A stretch of DNA of 64,000 nucleotides from an uncultured Clostridia bacterium (GTDB lineage Bacteria; Bacillota; Clostridia; Oscillospirales; Acutalibacteraceae), in assembly GCA_937898625.1 (NCBI GenBank), contig CALEJF010000040.1, positions 11,278 through 75,277 of the forward strand, read 5' to 3'. Below the pieces are notes generated by a model that made no database searches, was not told the origin of the DNA, and saw nothing but the letters and a program-made list of their open reading frames with translations. The position numbers and the translations under genes were made by a program. Within the stretch, counting starts at the first letter, position 1; every line of letters begins with the position of its first letter. Of the stretch, positions 18,009 through 25,090 are shown in pieces.

Positions 18009-18700
18009 TGAGATTATATAATAACCTTATCAATGAAATTAAAAGCAGCCTATGTAATTCAAAGTTACTTTCGGATGGGAAAAACCTTGATGTGAGTAAC
18101 AGAAACTCTGTTATTTTCTTGTCGGACTCAGCATTTGAACTTGGTGGTAGTCAAAAACCTTGTGTAAGCAGTCTTGCGGTTTCAAGTGATATGGAATTCT
18201 CAAATTCCGTAAAATTATTAGGTGATGACCTTAACGAAATTAAAAGTGACTCCCCTTTTGGCAAGTTTGTGCTGTTACAAATTGAAGATTTTGAAAATGA
18301 ACAAGACACCTTCAATAAAATCAAAGAACTAGAAGCTTTAAGATACCATCTGAATGTGGATGGATTTATGACAAGAGCATCGGCACTTAATATGCGTGAG
18401 CAGATTAGAATCAGCAAAAAAGCGATTAAATCCGGTGTTACTTTTGCTGATTACGGACAGACTCTTTTAAATGAATATCTTAGATTCGATTATGTTAAAA
18501 GTGCTGAAATATACTTTGTGACGAATTTTGATGACTTTGAAAAGTTAAATACAGTTGCAAAGAAAATAAGTCAGACAACATCGGCACTAAATCATATTTT
18601 TGATAATGTGATGTTTGACTGCTCTACTTGCAATCTTAAAGAAATCTGCGACGAAGTTGACGGACTAAAAGAATTGCATTTGAAGACTATGAAAAAATGA
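18008..18700 (+). CDS. Stand-alone acetyl-CoA synthase (AcsB/CdhC) middle-domain-like protein, 230 aa
   Basis: Several blocks align with the remembered Moorella AcsB region ~320-520: AFELGG; VKLLGDDLNEI vs IEVIGPDIDQI; RISKKAIKSGVTFADYGQTLL vs RVSKDAVAKGFRFKNYGEILV; and C-terminal FDCSTCNLKEIC vs YSCVLCQSFAPNHVC. Confidence 0.5.
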   Translation: MRLYNNLINEIKSSLCNSKLLSDGKNLDVSNRNSVIFLSDSAFELGGSQKPCVSSLAVSSDMEFSNSVKLLGDDLNEIKSDSPFGKFVLLQIEDFENEQDTFNKIKELEALRYHLNVDGFMTRASALNMREQIRISKKAIKSGVTFADYGQTLLNEYLRFDYVKSAEIYFVTNFDDFEKLNTVAKKISQTTSALNHIFDNVMFDCSTCNLKEICDEVDGLKELHLKTMKK

Positions 18701-18730
18701 ATATAAAAGATTTATTAAGGAGTGTTAAAT

Positions 18731-20371
18731 GTGAAAAAAGTAGTTTCCTTATTACTTTCAGTTGTGCTTGTATTCTGTACAATAATTCCTGCTTTTGCAG
18801 GGGTGGATGCAAACGAAAGTAAAAGCCAAATTCCTGTTATCCGTATTTCGGGTGATGGTGAACCACTTTATGACGAAGATGGCAACAAAATATTCCACTA
18901 TAAGGATGTTGTGAAACTCGTTTCAGGTGAAAATGGCGACAATAGTGAAATGTACAAATCAATGGCTAAAACTCTTATTCCTGCTATTGCCAAGGGTCTT
19001 GCAACAGACAATTGGGATGACCTTTATGTTGGTCTTGAAACAGAAATAAGCAAAATTTTTGCTAACTCTTTACTTGACGAAAACGGTAATGTGACTAATG
19101 GTTCCGGTTTATCCCAAAGTCGAAAAGAGCAGATGGAAAACAAGAGAAACAACAGCCAAAAGGGTGACAAGGGCTACTTTGCATGGAACGACTATTGGTT
19201 CCACTATGACTGGCGACTTGACCCTATGGAAACTGCTGATGTATTTAACTCATTTGTTAAAGATATCAAGAGAACAACCGGTTGTGAAAAGGTTGGTATT
19301 GCCGCAACATGCCTCGGCACTAACATTGTTATGGCGTATGTTGCAAAATATGGTGTAGATGATATTCAGGGTATAGCAATGGATGGCAGCGTTGTTGGTG
19401 GTGCAGAAATTTTAAGTGAAGTTATCTGTGCAAAGTTCGATATTGCTCCTCCTGCACTAATGAGAATTCTTCGTGATGTTGATGGACTTGGTATGTTTAA
19501 CATAGAAGATTTTATTCTTGAAACAATAGATATGCTTGTTAAGACAGGAGTTCTTGAAGGTGTAATCAGCACAACAGAAAACCTCTTATATGACAAACTT
19601 GTTGAAGGCGTAACTTCTGCCCTCGCTCTTTCAACATTCTATACCTGGCCAAACTATTGGGCTTGTGTAAGTCCGGAAGACTATGAATCAGCCAAATATT
19701 ATGTGTTTGGTGAAGAAGGCAGCGAAAAGAGAATAAAATACGCCGGTCTTATTCAAAAACTTGATAATTACGATAAGGAAGTTCGCCAAAGAGTTCCTGA
19801 ACTTATCCAGAAGATTAAGGATGGTGGCGCAAACTTTGGTGCAATTTCAAAATACGGATTCCAGATGATACCTATTTGTGCAAGTGCTGATTTAGTTTCA
19901 GACCAATTCGCTTCTGTAAAGCGTTCATCTTTCGGCGCAACAACACCAACTGTTTATGAAACTCTTTCGGACGAATATATTGCTCAGAGAACAGCTGAAG
20001 GTAAGGGTCACTATATCTCCCCAGACAAGCTCATTGATGCTTCTACATGCATATGTCCGGACACTACCTGGTTCATCAAAGGTTCTACCCATTCCAAATG
20101 GACATCTTACGAACTCAAAATACTTTATGAGGTTGCATCTGCAGACAGACAGTTGACTATTAAAGATTTCCCATATACTCAGTTTATGGTTTATGACGCT
20201 GAAACTGATACACTTGAACCGATGACTGAAGAAAACTGTCATACAGAATACTGGGACGCTGACCCGGATATTTATAAACCAGCAACGACTGTTGACCAAA
20301 TCGAAGTTACTATCAACTCAGTTTTACATTGGTTAAAACATTTTGTTGTATTTGTTGGTAATAAAATCTAA
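18731..20371 (+). CDS. Secreted LCAT/lipase-like alpha/beta-hydrolase fold protein
   Basis: GTG start 8 nt after AAGGAG gives MKKVVSLLLSVVLVFCTIIPAFA-G (Sec signal peptide). It has the FHYDWRLDP motif of the LCAT family. The nucleophile elbow reads AATCLGT instead of GHSLG. Confidence 0.6.
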   Translation: MKKVVSLLLSVVLVFCTIIPAFAGVDANESKSQIPVIRISGDGEPLYDEDGNKIFHYKDVVKLVSGENGDNSEMYKSMAKTLIPAIAKGLATDNWDDLYVGLETEISKIFANSLLDENGNVTNGSGLSQSRKEQMENKRNNSQKGDKGYFAWNDYWFHYDWRLDPMETADVFNSFVKDIKRTTGCEKVGIAATCLGTNIVMAYVAKYGVDDIQGIAMDGSVVGGAEILSEVICAKFDIAPPALMRILRDVDGLGMFNIEDFILETIDMLVKTGVLEGVISTTENLLYDKLVEGVTSALALSTFYTWPNYWACVSPEDYESAKYYVFGEEGSEKRIKYAGLIQKLDNYDKEVRQRVPELIQKIKDGGANFGAISKYGFQMIPICASADLVSDQFASVKRSSFGATTPTVYETLSDEYIAQRTAEGKGHYISPDKLIDASTCICPDTTWFIKGSTHSKWTSYELKILYEVASADRQLTIKDFPYTQFMVYDAETDTLEPMTEENCHTEYWDADPDIYKPATTVDQIEVTINSVLHWLKHFVVFVGNKI

Positions 20372-20392
20372 ACATTGTATAAATAACATTAA

Positions 20393-20433
20393 CCCCCTTA
20401 ACAACAATACTGTTGCTGAGGGGGTTCCTTTTT
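20393..20433 (+). terminator. Terminator ending the 12.9-20.4 kb operon
   Basis: CCCCCTTAACAACA-ATAC-TGTTGCTGAGGGGG followed by TTCCTTTTT. It lies between convergent genes. Confidence 0.7.
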
Positions 20434-21529
20434 AACTTAACATTGAAAGTATTTCTTTGAATTCAGGCGTTGATTTGAATTCATCGGATAATGGGTAATG
20501 TTCGGTCATTACAATCTTCATAAATTGAGATAAATTAGTTTCACGGTAAATCGGTCCGAAATTATAATGTCTCATCACTTTTTCTGAAATATCTGGGTTT
20601 TCATCAAGTTCCTTTGCATATTCAGCAGTAATTTTAAGATATTTTAAAGCATTTATATCATCACCGATTTGATGATACAAATGACCTATATGCCCATAAT
20701 TATAAAGTCTGTTAACGCAATTTTTACCATAATTTCCATCACAAAATATCAAATTAATTAATCCTTGTATATGATTAATAATCTCAAGTCTTTTTTCGGG
20801 TTTATAATTATAGCTATACCCAAATAATGTATCTTGCAATATGAACAACAATTCTTCAAGAGCATTCCTATGCGTTGTATTATAGTTTTCTGTGTCAAAA
20901 GCCAAACCCATCAGCATCAATTCCCCGGAATCTTTCATTGATGGTAAAGTGTTAGTAATTTCTTCTGCTTGTTTAAGATATTCATTATTTGTACGATAAT
21001 TACCTTCTTCGTTTGGCACACAACTGTATAATGTCAATAAATGAGAAATCATAATTACTTTTGAGCGTATTCTTATATTGTCATCCGTACAATGACTCTG
21101 TATCTTTTCATAAATAGATGCAATCTCTTTTGAAATCTCTTTATATTCACCCTCTCCAAAACCTTTAACTTCGTACAAAAGCTCCAAATATCGAATTAAA
21201 ATGCGAAAATCATTTGGAAATTCCTTAACTGCTTTTTGAAACTTGTTATATGTTAAGTTTAAGTCTTTCAACTTCATATCATCATAAAGTTTAATATATT
21301 CATTGATTTTTTCTTCTTCCCGTGATTTATTGACGCCAAGTAAATCATCAATAGAGACATCGAAAAATCTTGAAATAATCGGGAGGGTTGTTATATCTGG
21401 ATAGGTTTCTCCCCTTTCCCATTTGCTGATTGTCTGGAACGATACACCTAAAAAGTCTGCAAGATTTTCTTGAGTAAGGTCTTTTTCTTTGCGTAATCGC
21501 TTAAGATTTTCACCAAAAAATATTGTCAT
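20432..21529 (-). CDS. XRE-family HTH regulator with long helical-repeat (TPR-like) C-terminal domain
   Basis: N-terminus LKRLRKEKDLTQENLADFLGVSFQTISKWERGETYPD, followed by ~300 aa of helical repeats. Start at MTIFFGE after GAGGTG. Confidence 0.8.
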   Translation of the reverse strand: MTIFFGENLKRLRKEKDLTQENLADFLGVSFQTISKWERGETYPDITTLPIISRFFDVSIDDLLGVNKSREEEKINEYIKLYDDMKLKDLNLTYNKFQKAVKEFPNDFRILIRYLELLYEVKGFGEGEYKEISKEIASIYEKIQSHCTDDNIRIRSKVIMISHLLTLYSCVPNEEGNYRTNNEYLKQAEEITNTLPSMKDSGELMLMGLAFDTENYNTTHRNALEELLFILQDTLFGYSYNYKPEKRLEIINHIQGLINLIFCDGNYGKNCVNRLYNYGHIGHLYHQIGDDINALKYLKITAEYAKELDENPDISEKVMRHYNFGPIYRETNLSQFMKIVMTEHYPLSDEFKSTPEFKEILSMLS

Positions 21530-21737
21530 TATTATCACCTCAAAATATTTCTTGTAGCTACAAATCAATAGTATCTTGATTGTTGATACTTTTCAATAAC
21601 ATTATAGGTGAACAAAATTCGCTTGTAAAGAGAAATATTCTATTAGATATATTGTACTTCATTTAAATCATAATAAACAAATTGGGAGTTTGTCGGGATG
21701 TTTAATTCTTTTGGGTATAATATAACGAGGTGTATTT

Positions 21738-22088
21738 ATGAGTGGTGTAAAAAAATTTTTTTCGGGAGTTGTAATTGGTATTGTAAATGTGGTTTTAGGT
21801 GCAGGTGGCGGAATGCTGACAGTACCACTATACAAGAAGATAGGTATGGAACAAAAAGAAGCTCAAATCAACGCAGTTGCAACTATTCTTCCAATCACCA
21901 TTATCAGTGCAATTATATATCTTCTAAATGGTAATGTGCAATTTTCTGACACATATATTTACCTTATTCCCGGACTTGTGGGCAGTATTCTTGGCACATT
22001 TGTAATAAGAAAAACATCAAATAAATTTTTGACAATTTTCTTTTCGATTTTTATGATTTGGGCAGGATTGAGGTTGTTTTTTAAGTGA
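21738..22088 (+). CDS. TauE/SafE (DUF81) family membrane protein, N-terminal-repeat half (116 aa)
   Basis: VLGAGGGMLTVPL motif and 4 predicted TM segments. Confidence 0.7.
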   Translation: MSGVKKFFSGVVIGIVNVVLGAGGGMLTVPLYKKIGMEQKEAQINAVATILPITIISAIIYLLNGNVQFSDTYIYLIPGLVGSILGTFVIRKTSNKFLTIFFSIFMIWAGLRLFFK

Positions 22089-22459
22089 ATTATTTAATGC
22101 CTGTTATTGCAGGTTTTTTATCAGGTTTAATCGGGTCAATGGGTTTTGGCGGTGGCGGAGTTTTAATAATTTATCTTGTTATTTTCACAAATACATCACA
22201 ACTCACAGCACAAGGCATAAATCTTATATTTTTCATTCCTTGTGCAACATTAGCAACCATTATTTACTCTGTTAAAAAGCAAGTTGAATTCAAAAAGATT
22301 TATCCCGTAATTATTGGCGGAATAATCGGTGCAATTATTGCAAGTTTTTTCCTTAAAAATATAGAAAGTCAACTTTTAACAAAGGTGTTTGCAACATTTT
22401 TGATTATTATGGGAATTAATACATTATTTAGAGTAAAAAAAGTGAAAAATGAATGTTAA
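22085..22459 (+). CDS. TauE/SafE (DUF81) family membrane protein, C-terminal-repeat half (124 aa)
   Basis: SMGFGGGGVLIIYL motif. Its GTG start overlaps the upstream TGA (GTGA). Confidence 0.65.
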   Translation: MNYLMPVIAGFLSGLIGSMGFGGGGVLIIYLVIFTNTSQLTAQGINLIFFIPCATLATIIYSVKKQVEFKKIYPVIIGGIIGAIIASFFLKNIESQLLTKVFATFLIIMGINTLFRVKKVKNEC

Positions 22460-22468
22460 TTTATTGAC

Positions 22469-22499
22469 AAAAAACGACACCGAAAAGTGTCTTTTTTTG
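22469..22499 (+). terminator. Terminator after the TauE-half genes
   Basis: GACAC-CGAAAA-GTGTC followed by TTTTTTTG, with an A-run upstream. Confidence 0.65.
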
Positions 22500-22536
22500 T
22501 TATTGTGACAAAATTATTTTTATTATTTCTTTTCTA

Positions 22537-22565
22537 TTGATAATAATATATTTATAATGTATAAT
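22537..22565 (+). promoter_or_regulatory. Candidate sigma-A promoter of the decarboxylase operon (TTGATA-17 nt-TATAAT)
   Basis: TTGATA at 22537-22542 and TATAAT at 22560-22565, with TG immediately 5' of the -10. Confidence 0.5.
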
Positions 22566-22636
22566 ATCTACAATACATTAAATTGGGAAATTTTGTATTT
22601 TATGTATTAACTATTTGTGTTTGGAGGCAAAAAACT

Positions 22637-24019
22637 ATGAAAGTACAGTTTACAGAAACCGTATTGAGAGATGCCAACCAGTCACTTATTGCTACAAGAA
22701 TGCCGTTCGCTGATTTCGAACCAGCTCTTGAAAAGCTTAATAAGGCCGGTTACTATTCTCTTGAGTGCTGGGGCGGTGCTACATTTGACTCATGTCTTCG
22801 TTATCTTAATGAAGACCCATGGGAAAGACTTCGCAACATCAAAGCTAAATGTCCTGATACAAAGCTTCAGATGCTTCTTCGTGGTCAAAACCTTTTAGGT
22901 TATAAACACTATCCGGATGATGTTGTAAGAATGTTTGTTAAGAAAAGTATTGAAAACGGTATTGATGTTATCAGAATTTTCGATGCACTCAACGATGTTC
23001 GTAACATTCAGGTGGCAGTTGACGAAACAATAAAAAACGGTGCAATTGCATCAGGTGCTATTTCTTATACAACAAGCCCTGTTCACACACTCCAGAATTA
23101 TGTTGCTCTTTGTAAAGAAATGAAAGAAATGGGTTGTTCTACAATCTGTATCAAAGATATGGCAGGTGTTATGACTCCCGTTGAGGCAAAAGACCTTGTT
23201 GGTGCTATTAAGGACGCAATGCCTGAAATGCCTGTTATTCTTCATACTCACTGCACAACAGGTATGGCTTATATGACAATCCTTAAAGCAGTTGAGGCAG
23301 GTTGCGATATTATTGACACTGCAACATCTTGTTTCTCAGGTGGTACTGCTCAACCTGCAACAGAAACACTTTATGATGCTCTTACAGGTCTTGGCTATGA
23401 AACAGGTCTTGACAGAGACACATTAAAAGCAGTAAATGACCACTTTAAGCCACTTCGTGACCAGTATCTTTCATCAGGTCTTTTAAAACCAAAAGCACTT
23501 GTAACTGATACAGATGCATTGACATATAAAGTTCCCGGCGGTATGCTTTCAAATATGATGGCAAACCTTGAGGATATGAATGCTCTTGACAGAATGGAAG
23601 AAGCTCTTTTAGAAATTCCTCAGGTTCGTAAGGATATGGGCTATCCCCCACTTGTTACTCCCCTCAGCCAGATGGTTGGTAACCAGGCTGTTACAAATGT
23701 ACTTGTTGGTGAAAGATATAAGAATATTTCAAAAGAAATCAAGGCTTATATCAAGGGTGAATATGGTAAGGCACCGGGCGAAATTGACGCAGACCTTCAG
23801 AAGAAAGTTCTTGGTGATGATGAGCCTGTAACATGTCGTTTTGCTGATACTCTTGAACCAATGTTTGAACAGACAAAGGCTGAACTTGGCGATATGGCAA
23901 AATGTGATGAAGATGTTCTTTCATATATCGCATTCCCTGCTCAGGCTGAAAAATTCCTTGAAGCAAGAGCAGAAAAAGAAAAGAACACATTTAAGTATTC
24001 AATCAAGAGAATTGACTAA
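22637..24019 (+). CDS. oadA: Oxaloacetate decarboxylase alpha subunit, carboxyltransferase part (no biotinyl domain)
   Basis: MKVQFTETVLRDANQSL (HMGL-like TIM barrel), HTHCTTGMA, and a PYC_OADA C-terminal region. It ends without an AMKM motif. ATG after GGAGG. Confidence 0.88.
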   Translation: MKVQFTETVLRDANQSLIATRMPFADFEPALEKLNKAGYYSLECWGGATFDSCLRYLNEDPWERLRNIKAKCPDTKLQMLLRGQNLLGYKHYPDDVVRMFVKKSIENGIDVIRIFDALNDVRNIQVAVDETIKNGAIASGAISYTTSPVHTLQNYVALCKEMKEMGCSTICIKDMAGVMTPVEAKDLVGAIKDAMPEMPVILHTHCTTGMAYMTILKAVEAGCDIIDTATSCFSGGTAQPATETLYDALTGLGYETGLDRDTLKAVNDHFKPLRDQYLSSGLLKPKALVTDTDALTYKVPGGMLSNMMANLEDMNALDRMEEALLEIPQVRKDMGYPPLVTPLSQMVGNQAVTNVLVGERYKNISKEIKAYIKGEYGKAPGEIDADLQKKVLGDDEPVTCRFADTLEPMFEQTKAELGDMAKCDEDVLSYIAFPAQAEKFLEARAEKEKNTFKYSIKRID

Positions 24020-24031
24020 GGAGGACATAAA

Positions 24032-24631
24032 ATGGCATTATCAGAAATTTTAAGTATTTCTGCTACCGGTTTTATTGTCGTTTTAATTATTCTTGTTCTT
24101 CTTGCAGTTATTATTGTTGGCATTTCAAAAGTTATCCGTACTTTTGAAGGTGGTGCGAAAAAAACAGATGATGCAGAAAAAGTAGAAGCTCCTGCTCCTA
24201 AAAAGGAAACAAAACCTGCTCCTGCACCTGTTTCTGCTCCTGTTACAACAGTTGCACCTGCACAGCAAGTTGATGGTCTTATGCTTTATAAAACAGACTA
24301 CAAAACTGCAGCATCAATTATGGCTATTGTAAGTCACGAAAGTGGTATTCCACTTAACAAACTTGCTTTCAGCTCAATCAAACTTGATGACTCTCTTGAA
24401 CTTTATAAAACAGACTATAAAACAGCGGCATCAATTATGGCTATTGTAAGCCATCAAACAGAAATTCCTCTCGAAAGACTTGTTTTTAGGTCAATCAGAC
24501 TTTGCGACACACCTGAACTTTATAAAACAGATGAAGAAACTGCTGCTAAAGTAATGGCAATCACAAGCAAAGAATCAGGAATTCCACTTGACAGACTTGT
24601 ATTTAAATCAATTAAACTTATTGAGAAATAA
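24032..24631 (+). CDS. oadG: OadG-like membrane anchor subunit with Ala/Pro linker and three tandem 39-aa modules
   Basis: N-terminal TM segment [18 protein letters not shown] typical of OadG/GcdD, then a PAPAP linker, then 3 repeats of LYKTD(Y/E)(K/E)TAA..MAI.S...(G/E)IPL..L.F.SI.L. Confidence 0.7.
   Translation: MALSEILSISATGFIVVLIILVLLAVIIVGISKVIRTFEGGAKKTDDAEKVEAPAPKKETKPAPAPVSAPVTTVAPAQQVDGLMLYKTDYKTAASIMAIVSHESGIPLNKLAFSSIKLDDSLELYKTDYKTAASIMAIVSHQTEIPLERLVFRSIRLCDTPELYKTDEETAAKVMAITSKESGIPLDRLVFKSIKLIEK
24284..24628 (+). repeat. Three tandem in-frame 117/117/111-nt repeats inside the OadG-like gene
   Basis: Units at 24284-24400, 24401-24517 and 24518-24628. The first ~50 nt of units 1 and 2 differ at only about 3 positions. 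Confidence 0.9.
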
Positions 24632-24645
24632 AGGAGAATATCAAA

Positions 24646-25077
24646 ATGAAATATGTAGTTACATTAAACGGAAATGATTACGAAGTTGAAGTAAATGAAC
24701 TTAACGAAGCAGTTGTTACTGCTGTTGTTCCATCTGCAGCTCCTGTTGTAGTTGCTGCTCCTGTTGCACCTGTTGTAGCACCTGTTGCTGCTCCTGCCCC
24801 CACTCCTGTTGTTGAGGCAGCTCCAGCTCCTGCAGCTGCACCTGCTCCTGTTGCAATTGGTGATGGTACAAAAGTTACTGCTCCAATGCCAGGTACTGTT
24901 CTTTCAGTTAACATTTCAAACGGTCAGGCAGTAAATGAAGGCGATGTTCTTTTCATTCTTGAAGCTATGAAGATGGAAAATGAAATCGTTGCTCCTTGTG
25001 CAGGTACTGTTAAGCAAGTTATTGCAACAAAGGGTGCATCAGTTGCTACTGACGAAGTTCTTGCAGTTATCGGCTAA
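24646..25077 (+). CDS. Biotin carboxyl carrier protein of the decarboxylase (biotinyl domain with Ala/Pro linker)
   Basis: EAMKMENEI biotinylation motif and a long AP-rich linker. Confidence 0.88.
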   Translation: MKYVVTLNGNDYEVEVNELNEAVVTAVVPSAAPVVVAAPVAPVVAPVAAPAPTPVVEAAPAPAAAPAPVAIGDGTKVTAPMPGTVLSVNISNGQAVNEGDVLFILEAMKMENEIVAPCAGTVKQVIATKGASVATDEVLAVIG

Positions 25078-25090
25078 TTGAGGTGCAATT

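Noticed and set aside
21698-21934. 78-aa + strand ORF overlapping the first TauE-half gene in another frame
   Set aside because: The frame starting at 21738 has a GAGGTG RBS and the DUF81 GxGGG motif. This frame has neither.
24678-24914. 78-aa minus-strand ORF rich in Gly/Ala/Thr
   Set aside because: It is the antisense reading of the GC-rich Ala/Pro linker of the biotin carrier gene. It has no RBS and lies wholly inside a well-supported CDS.
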